Shown in pieces: positions 25,743 to 38,400 of a DNA stretch of 64,000 bases (position 1 is the stretch's first letter; each line of letters opens with the position of its first letter). This DNA is from Okamejei kenojei (Eukaryota), in NCBI GenBank assembly GCA_035221665.1, contig CM069136.1, positions 113,522,001 through 113,586,000 of the forward strand, read 5' to 3'. The position numbers and the translations under genes were made by a program. The notes below the pieces were generated by a model, which was given only the letters and a program-made list of their open reading frames with translations, did no database searches and was not told the DNA's origin.

Positions 25743-28253
25743 CTCCCGGAGGGGAAAAGACAAAATATGAAAGATTCTGATGCAGTGAAAATTGACTGAA
25801 CTAACATAGCATGAAACTAAAGGTCAGAGCAACTGTATCTTAATAGACTGTCGCGAATCGAGGTAGGCTGCTTTGGATGCAGCCTGCTTTCGAATTGCTC
25901 ATTGCCATAGCAATCTTAACGCGCCATGTTGATGTACCGTAAAAGCAGTAGTTTGAATTTCAAAGCCCCTGCCTTTGAACTTCTCCCTGCCTGATTAGAC
26001 ACTTGCACTTTTTTTTTCTTTTTTTTCTCTCTTTTTGTTATTGCTGTTGGCTTGAGTTGCGCTTCCTCCACCTTCTTGTACACGTTTGGCTTCCCTAAAC
26101 TGGTCAGTGACAGGCTATTCCACATAGGGAACGCAAGCCGTGGCTTGTGTCTGAAAAGCGAGCCTTTTTCTTCATCTACTTCAGGTACTCTGCATCCGAT
26201 TCTTTCCACGTGCAAACTGCAAAGGGGCAACATGACCCCTCCCAAACTAAGCACACGTTATAAACTGAAAAGACGGCAATCTCTATTGTTTACACTGCAC
26301 ATATGGTGTTTCCAATACTGCTCGCAAATCAATCTCCCAGTAGCCTGTTAAAACACCAGGGAAAGTATGAGCCGAACCATTCACTGTGATGCCTGGTGAT
26401 ATTTGTATTGAAAGTCTTATAATGTTGACCACGGCCATTGCTGAACATGTTTGCTCCAGTCTGCTTACTTGCTGGTTATAAATATGTTTCTGTGGATGGG
26501 ACTTTTGACTCGTTTTTCTGCTTGCCTGAACATGTGGGCGAGAGTTGGAACGCGTATCGTCCACTTTGTTGGGTTTTATACAAATGGGAAGTTGTATTGG
26601 TGCGATAGATATTCCTGTCAGAGTGTAATTTTCTCAAGGTGCTATGGCCACCGCTACCCGAGGTGTTGGCTGGGAAGGATGGATACTATATATGTTCAAA
26701 TCATGTGCCGCTTAGTCCCTAATAAGTGGCTTTATTGAAAATATATTCAAATGTGAAGCTCGGGTCTGCCAATTGCCATAGAAATTGTAATACACCATGA
26801 AGAGTGTCCAAGCGCCAAGTCTTCCGCTCCAGAGTAAATTGCTTTGAAGTGGCGTAGGACAGACTCTGGTCACATTTTATCCGTATAGGAAAGATAGTGA
26901 ACACTTGGAGGAGATTGTGTGTTTAAATGCGAAGAGTATGCCGGGGGAGCGTGTTTTTTTTAACATTCTTTACAACGATCTGCTTATTGTTAGTTATCTT
27001 TTATCTTTTATATTTGCCATGAATCATTCATGTGTCGATGCCTTTGTACAACCCGTCTTTTCACCAAGAAACTTCATTAGAGTCCTATAAGTTTCCCCAT
27101 TGATTGGCGCCTTCATTTACGTGAGTCTTCTTCTGCTTCATATGCATTTAATTGTAGATCTCACAGGAAAAAAATGCAACCTATTTCATTTAGGAGACAT
27201 ATCACTCATTCTCCGAATGCTTTCCTATATACCGGGTCTCTCATTTCCATCAGCTCTCTGACACTTTGACCAAAATTGGATCTGGTTCCTGTTCATTATA
27301 TCACCATAATGTACTTAAAATAGGGTAACCCCCAATCCATGTCGCAGGCTGCATCTCCCGAGATCCGAGAACCTTTTTATCATTCGCTTTTAGGTGGTAT
27401 GGCTTCGCAAGGTGACCCTGAAGCGCGAACAGCGATACATGGGATATACAATCCATAACATACATAAAGTTGACGATAATAATTTAAATATCCATTATGA
27501 TCCTAGAGACAAATTAGGTTCCTCTGAGACAGATGATGCATTTTGGAAAAACGTCATCATATCTAAAACTGTGACAATCAGAAATTGAATTGCGGAAACA
27601 TATGTATTTTGGCGCATGGTTTTTTGATGCTGCTGGGGGCGACCTTGCAATAACATGTAAATCATCAAGTATAACATTTGTGGGGCGAGGTTACAACTGA
27701 ACTGTGGAGATAGTAAAACAGTTCGGTATACCCGTGTACTGCGACCGGATTTGTAAAACTGGAATCTTCATTTAATCTTGATTTCGCCTCAACCAACATA
27801 TCTCCCAGTTTCCCTGCAATCTTGGACTCCAGAACACTTTGATTTCCGAAAACAAATGTGACTTTTTTGTTTGCCTTTTTTACGTCGTTTTCAAATAGCG
27901 ATGACAGATAATATTGTGAACTGTTTTACATCCGGCTGCCAATTGTATCCAGGTAGCTTCTTCAATCTGCCTCTTACATGTCTCCCATTCTGCCATTGAA
28001 CGGGTAAATATTTGCACAGAGGCAGAGGTCCTTGTGCAACAATAAACATATAAACATAAAAGTCTCTCCCGGGGCCTGAAATCATCTGGATTTACATCAT
28101 TGGCTGAGATTACTCGCTTCTTCACTATCGAAGATCGAGTTGAGTGTTGCTACATCCGCAGACCCCGCAAAAAAATCACGTTTTGACATTTTGTTAGGAT
28201 TTAGACATTTAATATAGAATACGATTATTAAAACAGGGGAAAAACAATATCTC

Positions 28254-28259
28254 TTTATT
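28254..28259 (-). promoter_or_regulatory. Candidate ZIC5 polyadenylation signal (3' UTR ~1.4 kb)
   Basis: AATAAA on minus at the end of an AU-rich stretch, followed by U-rich sequence. No transcript data. Confidence 0.55.
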
Positions 28260-29630
28260 CACAATTGGAAAATACACTGTCACACGGTTTAAACTCTTTC
28301 ACTGAAACACAAAGTACACGTGGGACCATTCATTTCAATAAAGGAACTGATATGTCTTCGTTGCATTTTTTTTTCAATCAGGAGTTCTGGGTGGCGTTTG
28401 TCAATGCAAGGGAAATATAAAATGACTGCAACATGCATCATCATCATAACATGGACCAATACTGTAGTCACAACGATTAGCTACCACTGAGTAGAAATAA
28501 ACAATCACATATTTTACTTTTCACATTTTACATTTCATTCAAGTAAGCAGAAATTAAATGGTCTGACAAACCACAGATTCATAAACACCACAATACCGCA
28601 CCAAACGTAATAATATAATTCTTTGGTGTGTCTGTACTATCGCAGAAAGATATTACACATCAGCAAATAAATTATAGTTTACAAATAAAAGAGCATTTCT
28701 GGACAAAATCTTAAGATAGCTAACGATTACATCAACGACTTTCAGCCCACAACAATTTTGTACAAATCCTACAGGGACAGGCCTGTCATTTTTGCATCTT
28801 CTGGCCTCTAAGGACATATTAGTGCTCTTTAGTTTGTTTGTCTGAAGGCCTGAATAATTATGAGTAAAATATGAGATTTTTGACTACCATGATGGATAGA
28901 AGATCACACAAAAGAATCCCAGAGCTCTTGGATTTAAGGGTTGATATATTGTCGATTCTGATTTCAGGGTCAAATAGAGTCCTTGTGAGTTTCACTCTTA
29001 CTGATCGAAGACTCTTTTCACATATAGCAGGAAAGTCCGAATTCAGCTTTGTATGTTAGGGGTGTGTAAATAGAATGTCGCTTGCGCTTCGTTACCGAAC
29101 GTGGTGGCACTGTGTCATTTCACTGAACACAAGGCGATGGCCGTTTTGATTCCCTCCAGGGATTGTAGTCATGAAGATTTCACAGAATTGTAAAATTTCC
29201 CTTCTTTTGGACAATGGTCTCTGATTTGGGAGTTAAGCAAAGATCGGCTATGTATGTATCACTTCCAAAAAGCGAGGTGATTCTCGTGCGTCGAAGATTC
29301 TATTGCCAGTCCGAAATGGGTCTGATGATATGTTTTATCTATTTAAGTCACGTCTGATTTCAGAAAATCAATATCTATAGTCTGAAAGTAAATGAGATAG
29401 CGATTCTCTTTTACTTCGAAGTACACACAATAATTCTGACTGACACGGAGGCCAAAAAGTTGCCTAAGAACCGATCCTTAGCCCTTAAATTCCTTTCCTA
29501 CGAGGTTTGAATCTAGCTGGTGTAAGATGGTCATCATTGGACATCCTAGCTGCCTTTAGTAGATGGGCTCCATTGCCACTAACCCTGCGTTGATTCTTGC
29601 CCACTTGCACACTTCTCCAACGCACCTATG

Positions 29631-30064
29631 TCAGAGCATAGTTCTGGGATCAGAGTTCGTGTAAACTTCCTCATCCTCGGTGTCGGACGAGGTGCCATTG
29701 TTGGAAGGTGCGTGCAGGCTGTTGGCCGCCCCGCTTCCCTGACAGACGTACCATTCGTTGAGGTTAGTCACTTGCGAGGACACGCTGGCAGTACGGCCCC
29801 TGACTGTCTCTGAGGCTGGGGACACCATCCCCAGGGATGTGTTTGAAAGCTCGTAGCCTGAGCTAGCGGGAGGGGGAGGAGATTTGCAGTGAACTTTCAT
29901 GTGTTTGCGAAGAGAACTAGGGTGAGTGTATGACTTGTCGCAGCCTCGTACTTTACAGTTGTACGGTTTATCACTGGTGTGGACGTGAGAATGCTTCTTC
30001 CTGTCACTGCTATTGGCAAATTTCCGGTCACAGCCATCAAACTCGCATTTAAAAGGCTTCTCTC
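29631..30064 (-). CDS. ZIC5: ZIC5 coding exon 2 (ZF4-5, C-terminus)
   Basis: Acceptor TTATTTTCAG|GA in matching phase. Encodes [58 protein letters not shown] (ZIC4/5-type) and [11 protein letters not shown]. Stop at 29631-29633. Joined CDS 1422 nt = 473 aa. Confidence 0.95.
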
Positions 30065-31678
30065 CTGAAAATAACAAGAGAAAAAAAATACAATGAGAGA
30101 ACCAGAATGGAGCAGTATGCACAGAGAAATAAGAAGAAAAAAAAGTTTTTCAATCATGTTTCTATTGTTAAAAATGCAAACGTTTATTGTCACTGTTTTA
30201 GCCTCGGTTACAGGGGTAAATTCCTGCATCACAAGAGCGAGCACACTTCAAAAAGCGCCTCACTGGTTGTAGAGCTTTCGCATTCTTGACTTGCCGAAAT
30301 GCGCTGTGGAAACGCAAGGCCTGACCATCACGTTAGGCTTGAAACCCCTCAGGAGCTATTTCTCGTTCTCATGCACATTTACGTCTTTACACACACATAT
30401 AACATGAAAGGTTTACAGCAGTAAGCAGCAGGCGATGTTTAAAGATCTCCCTCGTACTGCATCTTATTTGCGAAGACATATGAAAACTCCACTTTTACTT
30501 TCGAAAAAGCATTTGGGTTACTCGCCAATTCTGACCAACCTCAACAGAGCGCTAAATATTTTGATTTCCCTTAAAATATCTCGATGACGATGGCAACCTG
30601 AGATGTACAGCTGTCTGCAGCGGAACATAGAGGAGACTCTGCCACGTTTTCTGTCAGTCCCTGATGTGATGGCTGGAAGTTTTAATCCACCTATTTTAAA
30701 CTTCCGACCTTTATTTTTTTTTTGTACAATCAATGTATTTGCAAAGACAGTGATAATGTCCTCCGATGTTTACATTCATCTGGAGTTTATATTTTTTTAA
30801 AGCAGTTGATCATCAACCCCTGGGCCTTGCCTTCGCACTCTTTCTTGCATTTTCTGAGATTGAGTATCCGGGCTTCTGTTACTTCGGCAAACTTAATCAG
30901 ATCTACAATATTTAAGGGTTAATTGCGTTGCATTGACATTTCCCAACCACCCTAACAGAAGCAAATAATGGGACAATATCTCAAATCCACCTCGCCACCC
31001 TTTTCCTTTCCGCCTTCATTTCAGCGATCAAGCCTTAAATAGAAATCGAACTGTCATCAGATGCATTATTGTTTATTTTGAGATGTATTCTGATAAAAGA
31101 TTTGATGAGTTATCTAGACTGGTGGAATTGAATGAAAATAAGACTGAATCTGTGACCATTAATGACCATTCGTCATTAAAAATGTATCTTCCCGTTCATC
31201 ATAATATGATTGAATCTGACGAACTCACTGCCTTGCAACCTGGCATTCAATGAAAAAACTGTCCTTGATTTCGGTGCGTCTTGTGATTTTTATTTTCGCG
31301 GTGTTTGGGATAAGATTGAAAGAACGCACAGACCAGAGGCGCTCTTCAGTACTTTGACAGGTTGGTTCTATTTGTACACATAAATATTTATATTTAGCTT
31401 TGTGAACCACAGCAGCTCGATGTAGTATTCGAATCCCACAGGCTGGCCCTAACCTGGCACTTCGATTGGCCAGCCGCTTAGTCTGGTTTCTGGCCGTAAG
31501 CAACATGTTAGGCGAGAATTACTGACGTTCTTTGAATGCCATTTGAAAGCCCGGACCCAGAAAGCACTTGATTGGTAAAAGTGACTTCGCCCTCAAACAT
31601 AACCTCATTCATGTCTTGGCGAGTAAACAACACCCGTTTGAACTTGACAGCACACTCCTGACAATATGGGGCATGCGA

Positions 31679-31820
31679 GACTGCAGATGCTAGAATCTGT
31701 AGCAACAAACAAGAGGGCTGCTGGAGGAACTCGACGAGTCAGACAGTATCTGTGGAGGGAAATGGACAGTCAACGTTTCGGGTCGGGATCGTTCATCTTG
31801 TGTTCCTCCAGCAGTTCTTC
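31679..31820 (-). repeat. Degenerate Penelope-type repeat in the ZIC5 intron
   Basis: ACTGCAGATGCT..GCTGGAGGAACTC..CAACGTTTCGGGTCGGGA. Confidence 0.65.
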
Positions 31821-33882
31821 TGACAATATGAACCTGTTCAATCTGCTGTTCACACTTTTCCCGTGATATAAAGGCCAATTCAGCTAAAGTTCAGTTGACC
31901 AGACCACATATTTCACATAAATACTTATCAATATAACTTAGGGACAAAGCAACACTTCCTTGTGAAAATACTTCGCTTTATAACCTTTGAACAACGCTAG
32001 CGAATTCTAATATAATTCCCTACTACCACAGAAGCGTCAAGCAATTCCCCGCTGTAACACAACTTCTGAACCCCAAGCCCATAAACTTTTCAATCTTCTC
32101 GATTTCTGAAAAATGTGGAGGGCAGCACATATTCAGTCAAACCGGCAGAAGCACTTTTAGAAATCACACTATTATGGCAATTAACTTCTCGAACGCACAT
32201 CATCATTGCAGCGCGTGTTTATGTCCAGGGTTACACATGCGTGCCTATTTATTGCCTTTTCCAAAAGCAGTTTCTCAAATGCAATGGCGAAATCAGTTTC
32301 GGCGACCCGGCCCGTTATAAACGTGATAGCGTGACTGCTCGTTAACAGAATTCGAGCTACACTGGTCGTGGGTGCTGGGATTGGCAGCAAGATGAACCTC
32401 ACCAGCTTCCAGCATAACCAAAGCAAAGAAAGTTGCCCTGCAATGCTACGTGGTGCGAATGACAAATTAATTGCCTTCTATCCCCCCCCCCCCCCCCCCC
32501 TGTAATAACCGTGTTTACAGATCATTCTGAAAGAAGTTAGCATTCCCTCCCCAATTCCTTGTTTTATTTTAGGTCCCGCCGACACTCTTTAAATCATGAA
32601 TAAATGACCTTGTTTAAAAAAACATTTCGTTCAACCACCGCCCAAACACGGCCTTAAATGGCCGGAGTGTTTGCCTGTCCATTTGGCTGCACTCCGCCTT
32701 GTTTTTGTAAACTCTGCTTTCGAAAACCAAAATGGGTTGGGACAATACCACGCATCAATTTGACTAAACCTGACGTTTGGAGATAAAGATTTTTGTACAG
32801 AGAGGAGTTGGAGGATCCGGGTCTATTTGGATTGTTACCAACATGGCTGGAATGCAAGTCCCCAGTTCTCCATTCCACACGCCCCCCCGCCGCCCCCACC
32901 CCCACCACAAACCCAACCATGTTCCACTTTAAACCTCTGTAACATATTATTTAGATAAAATCTGTAATCAAAGCAGTCATGGGCCACTTGCTTTAACATT
33001 TAAACAAAACATTAAGAAGGCATTAGAAGGATTGGTGTAACACTATCTGTTGATGCCCTGCGACAGCCGCATAAATCAATGGAAATAATTAAGTAAAGCA
33101 TACGTCAATAAACATTCTCCAAGGGATAATATCTGTCTGCAACAATAAATTCTGACCAGGTTGGTTTATTTCGCCAGCAACTTAAAACGTTATGGTGGAG
33201 ATCCCTAGTAAACTTTGGTCGGGTTTGATAGCGAGCACCCTCGGGGATAAGGATGCAGAGATTATTGGTGCGGTTTACTTTCTGACGATGGCTCGCAAAA
33301 TTCATCATCGTCATAATTACTGAGCCGAATAATGGCATGTAGTCTGCGAGCAGGAGCATAATAGTTTCTTTTTTTTAACGACTTTTAAATAGCACTTCTA
33401 CAACAAATGTACAGCCCTTTCTGTCCTACTCACAAGCTGCCGAATCGCCCCTGAAACCGAGTTGAATTCTTGTCATCCCTATTTAAAAGCAGCCTCTTTC
33501 CATTCGCCCTTATCATTTGTTTTAAATTGTTAGGATGGATTGAAACGTCTGCCTTTCATTTGGCGATTTGACTTTCGAAAAGCAGACTCGAGGGGCAGGT
33601 CGAGTTACCGCGTTAGTTCGCCTCAAATAAAAGTTGTGACATTTTAGCTCCAAATTGCAGGACAGGAAACAAAAGGGTGCCGCAGTTGTAAACTCCTTCG
33701 AAAGTGCTGCCTGCCTGTTTACACGCTCAAGCCCTCGGCACCATTCAATTGAAGTCGGAAGACGCTTCAGTTTCACATCCGAGACTTTGTGAAATGTTTA
33801 TATCATTAAACAGCTCACAAGTGAGGTAGAAAAAAGGCAAATTGGTTAGATTCACAGCCCAGAAAGAAAATACTATACATCG

Positions 33883-33884
<2 letters not shown>

Positions 33885-33936
<52 letters not shown>
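33885..33936. repeat. (CA)n microsatellite in the ZIC5 intron
   Basis: Pure CA run ~85 nt from the donor site. Confidence 0.95.
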
Positions 33937-33946
<10 letters not shown>

Positions 33947-34020
33947 AATATATTTCTGGAGGAAGCAAGGTGTACTTGTTGAAGGGGCTAAGAACAAGGT
34001 CAAGAATGTTAGACACCAAC

Positions 34021-35008
34021 CTGTATGCGTCCTTTTATGAATCTTCAAGTTTTCTGAGCGAGCAAATACTTTCCCGCAGCCGGGGAACGGGCAGGGGAAA
34101 GGTTTCTCGCCCGTGTGAACTCTGATATGGTTTACCAATTTGTATTTCGCCTTGAACGGTTTGCCTTCTCTGGGGCATTCCTCCCAGTAACAAATGTGAA
34201 CGCTCTGCTCGGGCCCGCCGACGTGTTCCACCGTGACATGGTTTACCAATTCGTGCATCGTGCTAAAAGTTTTAGAGCAAGGTTTCTTTGAAGTGTCGTC
34301 TTGGTCAATCCATTTGCAGATCAGCTCTTGCTTGATGGGTTGTCTCATGTACCTAAAGAATGCCCCGGCTCCGTGATGAGCCGCTGCCAGGTTAACGTTT
34401 ATGTTCATGGAGTTATAACTGTGCAGGGAAGAGGCCGCGTAGTGCTCCGGCCTATAGATTTCCCCCGGCAACCCCAGGCGCATCTGCCCATTTAAATTTG
34501 GATGGGTTCCTGCTGCAGACTGCTCGTGGAGACCCGAGAATACTTCCGAGTGCCCGTAGCTACCCGCTGTGGAGAGAAACATGCCGTGGTGGTGGTGGTG
34601 ATGGTGAGAGGAAGGCGATGAGTGTGTTTCGCCCAGTCCATGCATGGCAGATGCTGAAAGGTCTCTCCTGAGAATGTAGTCCCTGCCGCTCGCGTAGGCT
34701 GAATGGGAATGACCCGCTGGGTAACTGGCCGAGTTCTGTGCAGAGCCGAAAATCGCCGCTGTCTGGACTTCGGGGTGAGCAGCCATGTGCTGAGATGGGC
34801 TGAGTTTGAGAGCACCGGCTTGAACCATGTGCTCGGGCCCGAAAGGGGCGAGAGGCGCGCTGGGGTCGCTGCTGATCTCCCCAGGGTGTGTGTGTGTCTG
34901 GCTGCCCAGTCCCGGGAAGCTTGACATGTTCTGGTGAGGCTGCTGTTGATTCCCTGCCAAGTCGGATAATCGCAGGCCCGGATACCGCTTGCTTAGTGCG
35001 GCTTCCAT
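34021..35008 (-). CDS. ZIC5: Zinc finger protein ZIC5, coding exon 1 (N-terminus, ZF-NC, ZF1-3)
   Basis: ATG at 35008 gives [23 protein letters not shown], like the ZIC5 start MEPPLSKRN..LRLADLA. Contains [19 protein letters not shown] and three C2H2 fingers. Ends HTG at a phase-1 donor CAG|GTTGGT. 988 nt. Confidence 0.95.
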
Positions 35009-35199
35009 AGCTACACAAATCAGTCCATCCACGCTTGTTGGTGGGACAGTTTTTTTTTCTCTCTCGCTCTCTTTCGCTCTTCCCCCTCCCCTTCCCCCAC
35101 CCACCCCGCCCCACAAAAAACAAAGCCTGAAAATATATTATTGAGCCTAGTTAAAGTACTTTTTTTTTAAAATACATGTAAAGCACTCTTAACTCTGCC

Positions 35200-35420
35200 T
35201 TTCTCACACTGCTCTCAGGCGATTGGCAGATCATAGAACAGTTAGGTGACACAGTGGGGAAATATAGTTCAGAGATGGCAATGCCGCGATTGGAGACTTT
35301 GGGGGTGATTGGCAGATGCGCCGTTCAGGCAATTCGCCCGTTTTCAGGCGAGCCGCGCAGCAGGACCCGCCCCTCCCCCCCCCCCACCTCCACCCCCGAC
35401 TGCAATTCCCCGCCCGCACT
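35200..35420 (-). promoter_or_regulatory. Putative ZIC5 proximal promoter
   Basis: Three CCAAT boxes on minus (35222-26, 35289-93, 35308-12), GC-box-like CCCGCCC elements, locally CpG-rich, 200-400 nt upstream of the ATG. Confidence 0.55.
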
Positions 35421-38400
35421 TCACACAGTGTTGCTCTGCTCACATTTGGACTCCAAAACTTAAGTAAACTTCGTCCCACCACCCCTCCCCTTTCGTCCAA
35501 ACCCCTCCCCCCGTTCAGCCAAACTCATATGGCACGGAAACTCCATAACTGGCCATTAAAGATTGCAATTAGCTCGCCCCCTCCCCTCTCCGGAGGGTTT
35601 ATGTAAAATACTGGTTGTGGTCATGTACCTTTTACATTCGCTTCTTAGCTATGAACATTGGTGACACATCACATGTACCAACAGTGGTTTGCTTGGAGCA
35701 TTTTAAAATAATTGATTCCCAAACCGGTTATAAAATTCCAATGTAAATATTTCACTGTATTAATTTTACATTCAAACTTAGGATAATCACAATCACTCTA
35801 CATTAATGTAAATATAGCTTTAACTCGTCACTACTGTATATTTTTGTGCTTTTGTCTACAAATTACTAATGATCAATTTAGAGGCACCCTAATAGAATTC
35901 TTTACACACCAGCAAAATTGGACGGTAACACATGTACGGTTTTACAAGTAAAATCTAGATTTTGGATCAGTTGTAGAAGGAACCGTTATCGTGCAAAATC
36001 CAATGCAACTTTAGCATCGCCTTTTCTAATTCACATTTTAAATCAATCTCCAACCGTTATTAATACTGATGAGCAGAAAATTTCATTGGGTTACAAATGC
36101 ATTCAACAAATGTAAGCCTTGTGCGGAAGTCATAAATGAGGAATGCGCGAATATTATTTTTTTCATTTTGGTTTGAAGGACGAATGAAAGGGAGCTTTAT
36201 AACATTATAACACCTAGCATTCCATGGAATATCGCTGTGGTTTTATTATTGGGGGCTTATGTAAAAAACATTAGTTTGAATCTCGCTAAACCTATCTGAG
36301 GCAATATTCTCATTTGAATCATAATACCTTCTGCCTAATGTCTCATTGCCATCAGCTCCTCATTACATCTCCTCGATAGAGATTACTATCCTCAGTTTGG
36401 TTTAACTTCTGGTTTTTTCATATTTTATTCAGATTTAATTTGCCAATGCATGTTGACGACTGTTTTCTTTTAAACAGCGAGACGATGATTGTGGGTTCCG
36501 AATAATGCAAATGTAACTTAACATTGAAAAATAAAAGTATCAGATAATTTAGGTTTATTAAGATTCGTGTATTATTCTCAAATGAAATAATATAAAGTTG
36601 ATTTCCTATTACTGTTCAATTGTTCTGAAAAGCTTAGGAATTATAACACCATGTTCAATACTAAATCAATATTTATCCAATCTAATGCTGGGAAATGATG
36701 TTTCCATTTAGAGAGGAATCATATTTAGTTTATCTTTTCAATGTCAAAACGGTTAATTTGATTGTTTTTTTACGAGGGATCTGGTAAATGAAAGCAAATA
36801 CTTTAGCGCAAAATAAACACACTAAATATACATATATATAGACACAATATTGCGCTGCTTTGTTCTTTAGTATACCTTCCTACCTGTGAAACGTAATGTA
36901 ATATAATCTATCCAAGAAAGTCATTCCGGGTTAAATATAAAAATACAAAGAAATACGATGACTAGAATTTGAGTAAATTGATCATACCCAAGTCGTAATA
37001 TACAAAATCACTGGTTACGTTTAAGGATGCACGTTATCAAAGTTAGATATTTAGATGCTGTACATTTACATTTTATATGAATACTATTCCCAAATCATTC
37101 AGATTATTTTTTTGAAATTAAATTAGAATAGAGACGGGTATGAAACACGATATTTGAAATGATTGATGTAACCCGATTTATTTCCCGACAGTCTTGACTT
37201 CTCTGTATGACTTCTCTATATCAATTCGGTTTCTCAGTATGGTTTTCGGAAGCCACAATATCTTCAGACCTTTTTGACTGGTTGTTTTATTAACTCAACC
37301 GATGTAACGGTGCAGGTATATATAGACATCTGGCGAAGTACTATTTCTTGTTAACTCGTCTCTAATTCTTATCAGTATTGTAGGGTTTTGTGTTTAATAA
37401 TTTTCGCATCGTTACCTCTTTGATTCTGCACATATGACATATTGTATGCATGTAGTATGTCCATGTCTACCCAAGACTCATTGTAATTGACTTTAAACCA
37501 CCGTTCTTAAGCATCTTCATAACTTCAAATTTTAATACACCAATCCATGCCAAACGTCGCGGAAGTCCTTCAAAAACCCTTGGCGTTCATCAGTTTTTTC
37601 TCCGCCCAACACTTCACCGGGACTTGAGATGAAAATACACCCGATGTCCAAGCTTGCACTTTATAATAACAATAAACATCCAGAACCTTTGCTAAATATT
37701 ACTAAAAATAGTTGACCACATTGCAAAGGAGTTGCCAGGAGTTTCCCTAATATTGTTTGGTGATCAGTTAAACTTTCTAGCAATATCCCAGGTAAGTAGA
37801 AACGACTGATAGACTTTTAGTTGACAAAGACTGCCTGCCAATAATCAGTCTCCTGCGCACAACTCAATTTATAGATTTCTAATGTAAAATGCGACACTTG
37901 CCTAAATAATGTGGGATAAAGCGTGATACCTGATTACGTAATATAACATAAAATGTTATGGCTCATTTCATTATCTTACATAAACGCGTTAGTTGGCCAT
38001 TCTATTTTGTTTTGTGAATTGTCCAAATGTAGTTTTCCGTATTTATGAAAGTGAGTACATGAACTCCTACCTGATATTGCCCTTTAAACCATAAAATATT
38101 CTACCTGATATTGACCTTTAAGCTATTCGGCCCTTCGTCTTCTGCGAGATTCAGAATAATCCACAAGGAATATGGTAAGACTGTGTGCTATGAAATGTGT
38201 GCTAATACGTTCACATTGCGGTGTGAAATTCAAAGACAACGGGGAAATATAATTTACTTAAATTCTCTTTCATGTGGACACTTTTCAACGCATCAGAAAC
38301 GTTCCTCGGAGCATCCCGTTACGAGTGTTTGCTACCTGCAATTAAAAAACAATCACTCTCCAGGTTTTCTTTTATTCCATTCAAAATGTTTGCCATCATT

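Noticed and set aside
33884-35116. 410-aa ORF taken as the full ZIC5 protein
   Set aside because: It starts at a TTG in the leader and runs past the splice donor at 34020 into a microsatellite. The real CDS is spliced.
38086-38125. Short tandem duplication (CTACCTGATATTG..CCTTTAA twice); similar TTCTAAACCTTAG repeats at 40332-40405
   Set aside because: Ordinary local slippage with no sign of function.
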